64,000 nucleotides of DNA, taken from positions 566,558 through 630,557 of the forward strand of contig CP129470.1 in assembly GCA_030583685.1 (NCBI GenBank). Direction: 5' to 3'. The notes beneath the pieces were generated by a model. It was not told the DNA's origin, searched no databases, and saw only the letters and a list, made by a program, of their open reading frames with translations. Source of the DNA: Candidatus Dojkabacteria bacterium. GTDB taxonomy: Bacteria > Patescibacteriota > Dojkabacteria > GCA-002793355. Made by a program: the position numbers and the translations under genes. Below, piece after piece: positions 49,842-60,043 of the stretch (the stretch's first letter is position 1; every line of letters starts with the position of its first letter).

Positions 49842-50375
49842 GTGAAAAAGCAAGACAAAAAAAACAACAACTCTCCCCAAGAACTTGAAGCACAGGTGTC
49901 TCAATTATCGGAGCAAGTTACCGATTTAGATGCAAAACTGCGCACAGCGTTGGCGGATTATCAAAACATCAGAAAAGAAGTTGAAGCACAGCAAGCATTG
50001 CGCGAGTCTATGGTAAAAAAACACGTGTTTGGAGACCTTATTGAGTTGTTTACCGATTTGTTCTTTGCTGTTGAGCAAATGCCAAGAGAGTTGCAAGAAA
50101 ACGCTCATGTGCATGGGGTCGTGCATATTATGGAAAAATACAAGAATATTCTCAAAGCGCATGGAGTAACTGAAATTTCGTACAAAGAAGGCGATGCCTA
50201 TGACTCGAAGAATGCAGAAGTACTTGGAATTGTTAACCACGCTGAAATGGATGGAGTAATAGCTCAGTTGATTCAGCCGGGATATCGAATTGGCGAAGTC
50301 TTGGTAAAGTCCGCAAAAGTCATGATTTATAAAAAACAACAGGAGCAATCCGCTTCTGAAAAAACGCAAAGTTAA
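49842..50375 (+). CDS. grpE: nucleotide exchange factor GrpE
   Basis: Coiled-coil N-terminus, then the conserved [11 protein letters not shown]...[16 protein letters not shown] and the C-terminal beta-domain [14 protein letters not shown]. Immediately precedes dnaK. GTG start at 49842; the exact start is uncertain because no SD is visible. Confidence 0.8.
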   Translation: MKKQDKKNNNSPQELEAQVSQLSEQVTDLDAKLRTALADYQNIRKEVEAQQALRESMVKKHVFGDLIELFTDLFFAVEQMPRELQENAHVHGVVHIMEKYKNILKAHGVTEISYKEGDAYDSKNAEVLGIVNHAEMDGVIAQLIQPGYRIGEVLVKSAKVMIYKKQQEQSASEKTQS

Positions 50376-50392
50376 CTTTATTTTTATCAAAA

Positions 50393-52312
50393 ATGGGAAA
50401 AATTTTAGGAATTGATTTAGGAACAACAAACTCTGTTGTAGCAATTATGCAAGGAGGAACACCTCGTGTTGTTCCAAACCAGCAAGGTTCAAACTTAACA
50501 CCATCAGTTGTTGCAGAAGGGAATGATAAAGAGCTGATTGTTGGTGTTCCTGCAAAGAACCAGGCGGTTCTTAACCCAAAAAATACAATTTACTCGATTA
50601 AACGTTTAATTGGTCGTAGATGGGATGACAAGGAAGTGCAGAAAGACGTCAAACTCTTTCCGTTTGAGATGCGCTCAGATAAACAAGGCGGCGTGGAAGT
50701 AAAAATGAATGACAAGTGGTACAAACCACAAGAAATCTCAGCTCGTGTTCTTCAGAAATTAAAACAGGATGCAGAAAGTTATTTTGGTGAGAAAGTAACG
50801 GAAGCGGTGATTACAGTTCCCGCATATTTTGACGATTCACAGCGACAGGCAACAAAAGATGCAGGAAAAATCGCAGGTTTGAACGTGCTTCGTATTGTTA
50901 ACGAACCTACCGCAGCAGCCCTTGCCTATGGGGTTGATAACAAAAAGGATGGTAAGATTGTTGTCTTTGACCTTGGTGGTGGTACGTTTGACGTCTCAAT
51001 ATTAGAAGTTGGTGATGGCGTTTTTGAAGTACTGTCTACCAATGGTGATACACATCTCGGGGGAGACGATTGGGATCAGATGATTATTGATATGCTCGCA
51101 AAGGAATTCAAGGACAAAGAAGGAATTGATTTGAAAGAAGATAGTGCAGCATTACAACGACTGAAGGAAGCAGCTGAAAAGGCGAAAATTGAACTTTCTC
51201 AGGCACAGGAAACAAACATCAATATTCCGTATATTACCGCAACGAAAGAAGGGCCGAAGCATTTGATGCGCAAGTTTACTCGTTCAGAACTTGAGAAATT
51301 AACCCACGAGTTAATTGAGCGCGTTGAAGAACCTTGTAAAAAAGCACTCTCTGATGCGAAATTATCACTTTCAGATATTGACGAGGTGATTTTGGTTGGA
51401 GGTATGACAAGAATGCCTGCCATTCGAGAAAAAGTAACGAAAATTTTTGGCAAAGAACCGAAACAAGATGTTAATCCTGATGAGGTAGTTGCGCTTGGAG
51501 CAGCAGTTCAGGCAGGTGTTTTGAAAGGTGAAGTGACCGATATTACGTTACTTGATGTCACACCGTTGTCACTTGGTATCGAAACCATGGGTGGTGTTAT
51601 GACCGTTTTGATTCCTCGAAATACGACGATTCCAACAGAAAAGAAGCAAACGTTTACGACGGCATCAGACAATCAACCATCTGCTGAGGTACACGTGCTT
51701 CAAGGTGAACGCCCAATGGCTCCAGACAATAAAACGCTCGCGCGTTTCATTCTTGATGGTATTCCTCCAGCTCCACGAGGAGTTCCACAAATTGAAATCA
51801 TGTACAAAATCGATGCGAATGGAATTTTAAACGTAAGTGCGAAGGATACGGCGACCGGAAAAGAGCAAAAAGTCACAATTACTGCATCTACAGGATTGAC
51901 TGAAGAAGAAGTCACCAAGTTGGTCGAAGATGCAGAGAAGAACGCAGAAGCAGACAAGCAACGCAAAGAAGTTGCAGAAATTCGCAACAATGCCGACTCT
52001 TTAACCTTTATTGCTGAGAAAACAATGAACGATCTGAAGGACAAGGTCACCGAAGACGACAAGAAGAAAATTGAGGAACAGGTGAAAGTGGTGCGTGAAT
52101 TGCTCGCTAAAGATGCAACTCAGGTTGATAAGGATGAACTCAAGGCAAAAGCAGATGAGTTGTCGAATACCTTGCAAGAAATTGGTGAACGAGCGTACAA
52201 AGCAAGTGCAGCAGAATCACCAACGCCAGATGCAACTACAGACTCCGGCGATGACAAAAAGAACGAAGAAAAGAAAGAAGAAGGACCGGTAGAGGGAGAA
52301 GTCGTCAAATAG
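50393..52312 (+). CDS. dnaK: molecular chaperone DnaK (Hsp70)
   Basis: [40 protein letters not shown] and a C-terminal lid with an acidic tail. Full-length at 639 aa. Confidence 0.97.
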   Translation: MGKILGIDLGTTNSVVAIMQGGTPRVVPNQQGSNLTPSVVAEGNDKELIVGVPAKNQAVLNPKNTIYSIKRLIGRRWDDKEVQKDVKLFPFEMRSDKQGGVEVKMNDKWYKPQEISARVLQKLKQDAESYFGEKVTEAVITVPAYFDDSQRQATKDAGKIAGLNVLRIVNEPTAAALAYGVDNKKDGKIVVFDLGGGTFDVSILEVGDGVFEVLSTNGDTHLGGDDWDQMIIDMLAKEFKDKEGIDLKEDSAALQRLKEAAEKAKIELSQAQETNINIPYITATKEGPKHLMRKFTRSELEKLTHELIERVEEPCKKALSDAKLSLSDIDEVILVGGMTRMPAIREKVTKIFGKEPKQDVNPDEVVALGAAVQAGVLKGEVTDITLLDVTPLSLGIETMGGVMTVLIPRNTTIPTEKKQTFTTASDNQPSAEVHVLQGERPMAPDNKTLARFILDGIPPAPRGVPQIEIMYKIDANGILNVSAKDTATGKEQKVTITASTGLTEEEVTKLVEDAEKNAEADKQRKEVAEIRNNADSLTFIAEKTMNDLKDKVTEDDKKKIEEQVKVVRELLAKDATQVDKDELKAKADELSNTLQEIGERAYKASAAESPTPDATTDSGDDKKNEEKKEEGPVEGEVVK

Positions 52313-52394
52313 AGCAGAAAGCTTAGAAGCGGATTGCACCGAATTAAGCGGTAAGGAACTGCTGAGATTGCAATGAGTTGGCTAACATTCTACA

Positions 52395-52628
52395 ATGGCG
52401 ATAATGAAGTTTTTGTCTTGGTTTAAAAAGAAACCAAAAAAAAGTGTTGTTGAAGGGGTGTTTTCGTATATTCCTGGGAGTCAAACACCGAATCAGGATG
52501 AAACCATTGCTGTTGAGCGTGGAGAATTGGTGAAGCGTTTGTATGTGCAACCTGAAATAAAGGACGGCACCTTAGTGTCGAATATCAGAATCTATACAGG
52601 AAATCCTTTCAGGTGGGTGGTGAGGTAG
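52395..52628 (+). CDS. small hypothetical protein (77 aa)
   Basis: Short ORF after dnaK in the position where dnaJ would be expected. Low confidence that it is expressed. Confidence 0.25.
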   Translation: MAIMKFLSWFKKKPKKSVVEGVFSYIPGSQTPNQDETIAVERGELVKRLYVQPEIKDGTLVSNIRIYTGNPFRWVVR

Positions 52629-52631
52629 CAA

Positions 52632-53012
52632 TTATTTCTCACTCTTCTTAATAAAATTTACGGGTATGATTCCAGAAGTATAAAAATTGAGAGGATTTTC
52701 AAGGTCTTGGGTCGTTCTTAGACCGTGTACACCGAGAACATTCTCGCCTATTAACTCATGAAGTCGAGCAATAATCGTAGGCGGATCGTTCATGTCAGTA
52801 TGCGCAGGTACTGTTGTCGTGATTAAGAGTCTGCACGAGGCAGTATCTTTAGGTATTACCGAAATCAATGCATTCCCAAGTTCCTCTTCCCAAGCTTTCC
52901 CTCCAAGGAGCAAGACTTGTACAGCGCTTGCAATTTCTCTCGAGAGGTCGTCTTCTTGAGATAAAACGACAAGACGTTCTTCATGAATCGTATATCCAGG
53001 AGAGTTAGTCAT
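52632..53012 (-). CDS. hypothetical protein (126 aa)
   Basis: Clean ORF whose start overlaps the stop of the upstream gene (translationally coupled operon with the HAD gene). Confidence 0.4.
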   Translation of the reverse strand: MTNSPGYTIHEERLVVLSQEDDLSREIASAVQVLLLGGKAWEEELGNALISVIPKDTASCRLLITTTVPAHTDMNDPPTIIARLHELIGENVLGVHGLRTTQDLENPLNFYTSGIIPVNFIKKSEK

Positions 53013-53365
53013 CTTTTTGTGGGTCTTATGACATTTGCACTGAAAAAATATACTTCTACGTCGGGAGTAATGGTAACATCTGAGTCACTAATCTTCAACG
53101 CAGCTGAAATTAAGTCTCGCAAAATTTGAACTGGATTTTGTGCTGGGTAATCGCTTGGTTCCCTTGCAATTTGTCCTATAACTTTGTATTCATCTCCTTT
53201 TGGAACTCCGATTGCAATATCAAAGCCTTTTTCATTTGGAAATGTTTTCAGATTCTGAGTTAATTGGGCAATTAAAATTTTTATGTTTTCATCTGCAGTT
53301 TTCGGCTCTAAGTCCGTACTGGAACTTTTTTTCTCTTGCCCCCAAATTTTATTGAAAAAACTCAC
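53009..53365 (-). CDS. hypothetical protein (118 aa)
   Basis: Clean ORF overlapping both neighbours by 4 nt. Confidence 0.4.
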   Translation of the reverse strand: MSFFNKIWGQEKKSSSTDLEPKTADENIKILIAQLTQNLKTFPNEKGFDIAIGVPKGDEYKVIGQIAREPSDYPAQNPVQILRDLISAALKISDSDVTITPDVEVYFFSANVIRPTKR

Positions 53366-53967
53366 AATCCAACTCCTTGTGAAATTAGAAATTGGCAGTA
53401 TTCCTCAAAACTAGTATATGTTACCGCTTGAATTCCCACTGCTTGTGCGCCAGTCACATTCTCCGGTTTATCATCTGCGTAGACAATTTCTTGCGGCTGA
53501 AGACCACTTTTCTCGACAAGAGTGCGAAAAATGACAATATCCGGTTTCATGACGCCCACTTCATAAGAGAAAACTGTTGCATCAAAATCACTAATGAATT
53601 TGAATTTGTTTTCTAGGGCTGAAATACGGGTCACAAAGTTATTTGAGCAAATGAGTGAACGATAGCCAAGTTGTCGAGTCTTCATAACAACTGCGCGAAT
53701 ACTTGGGTCGACTTCATAGTGTTTGACGAGTAAGTCGGCATATTCGCTTGTAGTGAGCGATAATCCGAGTTTCTGATTAACCGTTTTCCAAAATTCATCT
53801 TCTGACAGAGTACCTTTTTTGAAAGACAAAATTTCTGGTCCAGAGAGTACCGCCTCACGGGCTTTTTGTTCATCATTACATAAAGTGGTTAATTCGCGGA
53901 CAAATCCACTCATACCAGCTGGTGTGAAATAAACTCCATCAAGATCGAAACAAATACCTTTGACCAT
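53362..53967 (-). CDS. HAD-superfamily hydrolase
   Basis: Motif I GICFDLDGVYF (DxDG), then a motif II Ser/Thr and C-terminal Asp motifs (YADDKPENV). Confidence 0.65.
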   Translation of the reverse strand: MVKGICFDLDGVYFTPAGMSGFVRELTTLCNDEQKAREAVLSGPEILSFKKGTLSEDEFWKTVNQKLGLSLTTSEYADLLVKHYEVDPSIRAVVMKTRQLGYRSLICSNNFVTRISALENKFKFISDFDATVFSYEVGVMKPDIVIFRTLVEKSGLQPQEIVYADDKPENVTGAQAVGIQAVTYTSFEEYCQFLISQGVGL

Positions 53968-54125
53968 GCTCTGCGGTATTAAGTAAGTTATCGATTGTAC
54001 TATAAGACGCAGATAATTGAAACATACACATATATTGGTAAGAAACGAGTTTCGGAGTATACTAAGGAATGGTAGAATAGCAATTTGTTGCGTTACGAGC
54101 AGTTATCATCAATGAGGGAAATCTC

Positions 54126-54497
54126 TTGCTCATACGTGAATCGAGGAAGTATCAGGATGGTGCAAATGTTGGTAAATGGGGTTGCCCTGGAGGGCGAATT
54201 GCCGTGGGTGAGCATCCACTGGAAGGAATGAAACGAGAAATTTTAGAGGAGACCGGAGTGGAGGTAGAGATTGTCAAGCCGCTCTGTGTTGATGAATGGC
54301 GACCAGTTGTTCGCGGTGAGCAATGGCAAGTTATTGGTATTTTTATGCTTTGTCGTACGGATAAAACTGAAATCAGATTGAGCGAGGACCACGATGACTT
54401 CCGGTGGGTAACTTCCGAAGAGTTGGCTGATTATGCAATATTAGAGGGGGATCGAAGAGCCTACGAGCTGGCAGGGCAGGAGTTGAAGCAACCATAA
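54126..54497 (+). CDS. NUDIX hydrolase
   Basis: Nudix box GGRIAVGEHPLEGMKREILEETGV (GX5EX7REUXEEXGU). TTG start; the frame is open for about 15 codons upstream with no canonical start. Confidence 0.7.
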   Translation: MLIRESRKYQDGANVGKWGCPGGRIAVGEHPLEGMKREILEETGVEVEIVKPLCVDEWRPVVRGEQWQVIGIFMLCRTDKTEIRLSEDHDDFRWVTSEELADYAILEGDRRAYELAGQELKQP

Positions 54498-54545
54498 TAC
54501 CTTTTGCCTTAGTGTACAATTGCCAATAACTTTACTACCAGAGTA

Positions 54546-56306
54546 GTGTCATCATTCCAGTATTTTGTAAAAATTATTTCCCTCTGTTATGCAAAGGCGA
54601 AAGGTCCAATGATAGGGCTTGTTGCCTTCTCCTTTTTCTCGGTCATTTCTTCTGTTGCCTACTATATTTACGCAGGGAAGTTTATTGATGTTATTGTCTA
54701 TTCTTTAGACGAAACTGCAGCTTTGACCACCATAGCAATTCCGTTCCTTATATATATTTTGCTGTTGCTGTCTTCATCTATCTTTGAAAAGTTTCGAAAC
54801 TACTTTGAGGTTCTGTATAACAATATGATTACCTTGATTATTGATGAATATAAATATGAAAAAAATCTTGCCCTTGATACCCAGACATATCTATCACCAG
54901 CATTCACCGCAAAAAAACAAATTCTCGAACAAAATGGGTGGAAAGCTGTTGCTGCGCCGAAAAATATTATTGAATTAGTATTTGCGCTTTTGCCCGTAGC
55001 GTTGTATCTCATTATCTTGTTTACGTACGATTGGCGCATCAGTGTTCTTGTGTTGTTATCAGCGATACCGCTTGTCTATTCAAATACTAAGGCGGGTAAA
55101 AGAATTTGGGCAATTTGGGAGGACAATTCTGACATTACTGCGCACTACAATATGTATCGGAATGCATTGTGGGGAAACATTACCGACGTCAAATTACTCG
55201 GGGCGGGAACGTATATCTTGCGAAAACTTTCTTTGGTATTGAGCCAATTTCTTCAGAAGATTCAAGACAGTGAAAAGAAATTACTAAATAATCTTCTGCT
55301 TTCTACGCTTATCGAATATGGATTATTGGCTGTTGCGTACGGCCTTTTGTTTCAAGGAATTCTTTCAGGGAGTATTTCAATTGGTGCTTTCTTTGTTGTT
55401 AATGCGGCTTTATGGACAATGAAAAGGCAGTTAGATCATGCGCTTGAAAGGTACGCGCAATTGGCAGCTGACTTGGAAATCGTCAAGGTTTTTGTCAATT
55501 TTCTTGGACTTAAACCAATAATTACAGAGATTCCCGAAGCAAGGGAGCTTCGTACGAACGAGCCAATTTCTATTGAGTTTCAGAATGTATGGTTCAGATA
55601 TCCTCGAAGTAAAACCTGGATTTTTAAAGGGGTATCCTTTCATATTCGAGCAGACGAAGATATTGCAATCGTTGGAAAAAATGGAGCAGGAAAGACGACT
55701 TTAATACGGCTCATGACGAGAATGTACGATCCTCAGAAAGGAAGAATTTTAATTAATGGCGTACCTTTGGCAAAGATAAAACTTACAAGTTATCATAAAG
55801 CAATTGGGCTTCTCAGCCAAGACTTTCGTGTCTTTGAATTTTCTGCGAAAGAGAATATATATCTAGGAAAGGTAACAGAATCGAAAAATTTGCTGCGTAA
55901 AATTAAGAAAGCTTCCCAATTGGCCGGCGCAACAGAGGTCATCAATAAATTGCCAAGAAAATTTGATACTTTATTGACATCGAAAATTGAAGGCGGGCAG
56001 GATTTATCTGGTGGGCAATTTCAGAGAATAGCGATTGCGCGGACCTTTTTCAGAAATCCAAAGCTTCTCATCCTTGATGAACCCACGAGTGCAGTTGATG
56101 CGCTTGCGGAAGAGGAAATCTTCAACAATATTTTTAATAACGCAGAACAGAAAACTGTCATTATCGTCTCACATAGATTCAAAACGATACGGCGTGCAAA
56201 GCGAATACTTGTTGTTGCTGACGGAAAAATCGTTCAGGATGGAACACACGCGGAACTACTGAAGCAAAGTGGTTTGTATCAAGAGATGTATAAAGCGCAG
56301 GAATAG
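54546..56306 (+). CDS. ABC transporter, fused permease/ATP-binding protein (exporter type)
   Basis: Six N-terminal TM helices, then Walker A GKNGAGKTTL, signature LSGGQFQRIAIAR, Walker B LILDEPTSAVD and an H-loop. Confidence 0.8.
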   Translation: MSSFQYFVKIISLCYAKAKGPMIGLVAFSFFSVISSVAYYIYAGKFIDVIVYSLDETAALTTIAIPFLIYILLLLSSSIFEKFRNYFEVLYNNMITLIIDEYKYEKNLALDTQTYLSPAFTAKKQILEQNGWKAVAAPKNIIELVFALLPVALYLIILFTYDWRISVLVLLSAIPLVYSNTKAGKRIWAIWEDNSDITAHYNMYRNALWGNITDVKLLGAGTYILRKLSLVLSQFLQKIQDSEKKLLNNLLLSTLIEYGLLAVAYGLLFQGILSGSISIGAFFVVNAALWTMKRQLDHALERYAQLAADLEIVKVFVNFLGLKPIITEIPEARELRTNEPISIEFQNVWFRYPRSKTWIFKGVSFHIRADEDIAIVGKNGAGKTTLIRLMTRMYDPQKGRILINGVPLAKIKLTSYHKAIGLLSQDFRVFEFSAKENIYLGKVTESKNLLRKIKKASQLAGATEVINKLPRKFDTLLTSKIEGGQDLSGGQFQRIAIARTFFRNPKLLILDEPTSAVDALAEEEIFNNIFNNAEQKTVIIVSHRFKTIRRAKRILVVADGKIVQDGTHAELLKQSGLYQEMYKAQE

Positions 56307-56309
56307 GCA

Positions 56310-56735
56310 TTAACACATCAGTCCTTCCCGAATCAATTTCGGAACAACGAATTTTTCAAGTACACTTCCTAATTTGTAGGTTTGTGACTCAAAGTCTTGC
56401 TTTGAAATGTATTGAAACTCTTCAATTTGGTCATCTACATTGATGCGAGGTGTCCCAACAATCGTGACGAGATAGGAGTATATTTTCACCGTTTTCCCAG
56501 GCTTCCCCTCTGCATATTCAACTGGACTTTCATGAAAAAGACTTGGCGTCCCGATAATTAAAACACCAATTTCTTCTAAGATTTCTCTTTGGAGAGTCTC
56601 TTGATGTGATTCTTCTGGCTCAGGTTTTCCGCCAAGGGATATCCATACATCAGTATCTTTTTTTCTGACGACAAGGAGTTTGCCTTCTGAAAGAATGAGA
56701 GCGGCAATTTTGAATATATCCGGGGTAAGACTCAT
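56310..56735 (-). CDS. NUDIX hydrolase
   Basis: Nudix box GGKPEPEESHQETLQREILEEIGV. Confidence 0.7.
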   Translation of the reverse strand: MSLTPDIFKIAALILSEGKLLVVRKKDTDVWISLGGKPEPEESHQETLQREILEEIGVLIIGTPSLFHESPVEYAEGKPGKTVKIYSYLVTIVGTPRINVDDQIEEFQYISKQDFESQTYKLGSVLEKFVVPKLIREGLMC

Positions 56736-56737
56736 GA

Positions 56738-57283
56738 ATGAGTGTATCAGGTTTAAAGCAAGAAACGTACATTCAAAAGATGTTACAATCCATTATGCGA
56801 TTACCAATACAACTACTAGCCTTCCCTTACAGAATAAAAAATGGCGCTCCTGAGTACTTATTGCTCAAAAGGATACCTGAGAAAGGCGGATTCTGGCTGA
56901 CTATTTCTGGCGGATACGAAGAAACAGATACCTCTCTGGTTGATACTTGTTACCGGGAAATGAAGGAAGAGGTAGATATCGGTAAGGGTGATGTTTTGAA
57001 TGTCAATGAAGTCGTATATATGTATCAATTTTCAGAGTTCATTAAGAATAAACAGACTTCAAATTATAAAAACCTTGCCTCTGAAAATATTGTTTTAACG
57101 GTGTACGTCTATGGCTTTCAGATAAAGGAGGATGTTGAGCCAAAATTGCTTGAAGAACATACCGAGTACCGCTGGTGCAATATTCAGGAAGGGCTAGACC
57201 TTCTGAATTTTAAAGATACAGAGGATTGTTTACAAGCGTTGCATGATACGCTTGTGACAGATGATGCTACTGACAGGAAATGA
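56738..57283 (+). CDS. NUDIX hydrolase
   Basis: Nudix box ISGGYEETDTSLVDTCYREMKEEVDI. Divergently arranged 3 nt from the previous Nudix gene. Confidence 0.65.
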   Translation: MSVSGLKQETYIQKMLQSIMRLPIQLLAFPYRIKNGAPEYLLLKRIPEKGGFWLTISGGYEETDTSLVDTCYREMKEEVDIGKGDVLNVNEVVYMYQFSEFIKNKQTSNYKNLASENIVLTVYVYGFQIKEDVEPKLLEEHTEYRWCNIQEGLDLLNFKDTEDCLQALHDTLVTDDATDRK

Positions 57284-57430
57284 TTACCTGTGGATAAATG
57301 TGTAGGTTCAATACTGGAAGGGTTTGGTCACCTCGCGGCTTCACTCTACGCTTCAGTTGAATTCAGCATGTTCCTCGACCCCCGTTGCAGAAAATGAGAG
57401 AGGGATTCGGCTACCCTTGTATTTCAGGCT

Positions 57431-58660
57431 TCATTCTTCGTGCACAGTTTTTCCATCTAACCAATTTTTAAGTTGCGATGGATTGAGTGTATCAATTTTA
57501 ATGTACCCTTGCTTTGTCATAATTTCTCCTGCGTGTCTATATTCGCCGTAACCACCAGTTCTCCTCCAGTCATTTTTGTCATTAAGCATGCTTACCCGTT
57601 CGTTATGGTACCAAGTTCTAAAGCCATTAGATTCAAACACAGATGGGCGATCCCATGTTGACTTTTTGTTTCCATCTACTCTTGACCCGCCTGAAGCAAA
57701 TACTCGGTACAGGTCGATTAAGTTCGTGCAGAGACGATTTAGCTCAACTGACATTTCCGAAGTTTTAATCCCCATCTCGGTAAGATCTTCTGCCAAGACA
57801 GGGTAGCTATGTGTAGGAAATTCGTCGTTCAATTTGTCAACAATTCTTTGGATTTGCGCTTCGTCACTCATGTGTGTTTTGAGAATTGAGGCAGTAAGTC
57901 GTTTTGAAAGGCTGAAGGACCTCTGAATTGCACCTAGTAACAGAGGATGTACCTTTTCAGTCAACGCCTTGTAAGCACCTTTTGAAAAGTCTGTTGAATC
58001 GTAGGTATCAGCTTTGACCATTTCAAGAAACTTTACAATTTGCGTAATTTCCACTGAAACTGGTGATCCGTTTTCATCACGAGGGGCGAGTTTATGGTTT
58101 GCGAGACTTGAATCGATTGCGCTAAATGTGGTGAGTGGGCCAGTCATAAGCAAATCAGCTCCCAAGGAGAACATGGTCATCGCAGACGCTGCTGCATCTG
58201 GAACAAGAACAACGAGGACTTTTGTGTAGGTTCGGATGAGCTTTATTAACCTGTATGCTGCAGCTCCGCTTCCTCCTGGTCCAAATAAGAGTATAGCTAA
58301 TTTTTCTTGTTTACCAATTCTTTCGATATGATAGAAGAAGTTATTAACATCAGATTCGGAGAGAGAGGCGAATAGGGGAATGTATAAGGTAATGACCTTC
58401 ATCCCAACATTCTTTTCAATCTCGTCCACGAGATACTGAGTTTCGCTCCAATATCCTATACGTGATGCATCAACAGGTGGTCTCCCACCATTTGCTGCAG
58501 CATCGTTCATGATGTTGGCTGGTAGTGGTTGTATTGGTATATTTTCATCCATTGTGACTTCAGTAGGGGTGGATTGACTTTGAGGTAAAGTAGTAACGGG
58601 GGTATCATTTAGACTTGCCTGTTGTATGCTTGGTTGAGGAGTGACATCTTCTTGGGGCAT
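57431..58660 (-). CDS. ClpP/crotonase-fold serine peptidase (SDH/S49-like) with long low-complexity N-terminus
   Basis: LAILLFGPGGSGAAAYRLIKLIR...VVLVPDAAASAMTMFSLGADLLM resembles the SppA/SDH serine-dehydrogenase-proteinase family core with its Ser nucleophile region. A T/P/Q-rich N-terminal 60 aa precedes it. Confidence 0.5.
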   Translation of the reverse strand: MPQEDVTPQPSIQQASLNDTPVTTLPQSQSTPTEVTMDENIPIQPLPANIMNDAAANGGRPPVDASRIGYWSETQYLVDEIEKNVGMKVITLYIPLFASLSESDVNNFFYHIERIGKQEKLAILLFGPGGSGAAAYRLIKLIRTYTKVLVVLVPDAAASAMTMFSLGADLLMTGPLTTFSAIDSSLANHKLAPRDENGSPVSVEITQIVKFLEMVKADTYDSTDFSKGAYKALTEKVHPLLLGAIQRSFSLSKRLTASILKTHMSDEAQIQRIVDKLNDEFPTHSYPVLAEDLTEMGIKTSEMSVELNRLCTNLIDLYRVFASGGSRVDGNKKSTWDRPSVFESNGFRTWYHNERVSMLNDKNDWRRTGGYGEYRHAGEIMTKQGYIKIDTLNPSQLKNWLDGKTVHEE

Positions 58661-59012
58661 CAGAAAAGAGTATAATTTATTCGAAATATAGTCTCAGAAT
58701 CTCGGAGTAATTGCAAGATGCATCTGAGAGTTAGTGTGGCAGAAGTTTTTCAAATCAATGAATTTTCGTTTTTTTACTTCCACAGGACTACGTTGACACT
58801 ATTCTGTTTTTGGCTATCAAAAAGTTTCTACTTGTTTCATTTTTTAATGTATGGCGTACATGTTTCCATATTACACAGATGCGATAGGCCATCTTTCGCG
58901 AACCAGATAAGGTAGCCTCGGGATAGGATTTCTTTTCAGCAATTCTCTATTGTGAATGTCGGCGGAATTCATTTATATGTTACAATCAAAATAATTATTT
59001 CATAATTATCTT

Positions 59013-59687
59013 ATGCAACGAAAATTCTCTGATCAAGATCTCCAAGTAATTGATTCTTTTTTTCCGAAGGAAAAAGGGATCTTTATTAAAATTGAATCAT
59101 ATATTGGCAAAGACGCTGATAATTTAAACCTTGTAAGTACTGATAGAGGAGAATTCGAGTCTATTTCTTTTGTTCAGAACGAACCGGAAGGATATTCAGG
59201 CTTTGGCACAACGTTATTAATCAATAATGATGCTGGAGATTCGATAAAAATTTATGCGTATGCAGGTAAAGTTGCTATGTTAAAAGGCTCACTCATAGTG
59301 GGCTGGGATGTTCCAGATGAAGTTGAAACATCACAGTATAAGGTAAAAGTATATACAATCATACCAAGTCCTGAAGTCAAAACGCTTAAAGGCGAAGTTA
59401 CGGCCACTTACGTTTTTGACTCAGTAAGCTTTGAAGAAGACTCTATAAAAGTACTATACAAAATTACAACATCTTCAAACGATGAGTTAGAGCTTGAGAT
59501 AGAGACTGAAGGAGATGAATCGACGTATAATGAAATAAAAGATTATATTACCGCCTATATTAATAACAATCTTAATAATGACATGAATGTATACCTCGAA
59601 GATATTCACTCCTCCGGAATTATTTTCATTTCTGGTACTTTACAAAATGGAAGTTCAATTGAATTAACGTATACACTCGAGAGTTAA
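59013..59687 (+). CDS. hypothetical protein (224 aa), acidic
   Basis: Clean ORF, unrecognised. Confidence 0.4.
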   Translation: MQRKFSDQDLQVIDSFFPKEKGIFIKIESYIGKDADNLNLVSTDRGEFESISFVQNEPEGYSGFGTTLLINNDAGDSIKIYAYAGKVAMLKGSLIVGWDVPDEVETSQYKVKVYTIIPSPEVKTLKGEVTATYVFDSVSFEEDSIKVLYKITTSSNDELELEIETEGDESTYNEIKDYITAYINNNLNNDMNVYLEDIHSSGIIFISGTLQNGSSIELTYTLES

Positions 59688-59922
59688 TGGTGGTGTGTGT
59701 CGTTTAAAAGTTGTCATTGATCAAATTAGTTTTAGTGATTTTGAGATGGAGTAAACATGTTACTCGTCTTTGTGGGAAGAAAATGCTAAATGCTTAAAGC
59801 AAAACAGGGAGGTGTTCAGCCAGGATTAGCTCCACCTGGGTATCTAAATGAGCTGAAAGGAAATCGAATAGCTTCAGTGGTGCTGGATCCTGCAAATAGT
59901 GAGCAGGAGAATTTGAAACAAA

Positions 59923-60009
59923 CGGAGGGGGAGGGATTCGAACCCCCGGTAGGGAAAACCCTACATCAGTTTTCAAGACTGACGCCATCAACCACTCGGC
60001 CACCCCTCC
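59923..60009 (-). tRNA. tRNA-Ser (anticodon TGA), class II with long variable arm
   Basis: The reverse complement has acceptor GGAGGGG/CCCCTCC, anticodon stem TCAGT/ACTGA with loop CTTGAAA, a long variable arm TAGGG-tttt-CCCTA and T-loop TTCGAAT. ORFs 59790..60032(+) and 59794..60063(-) overlap it and are spurious. Confidence 0.85.
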
Positions 60010-60043
60010 AATCGCCGTATTATAGCAAATAGCACTGTACTTT

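Noticed and set aside
31281-52312. Inteins or introns in rpoB, rpoC, dnaK
   Set aside because: The protein lengths (1149, 1292 and 639 aa) and uninterrupted conserved blocks give no sign of insertions.
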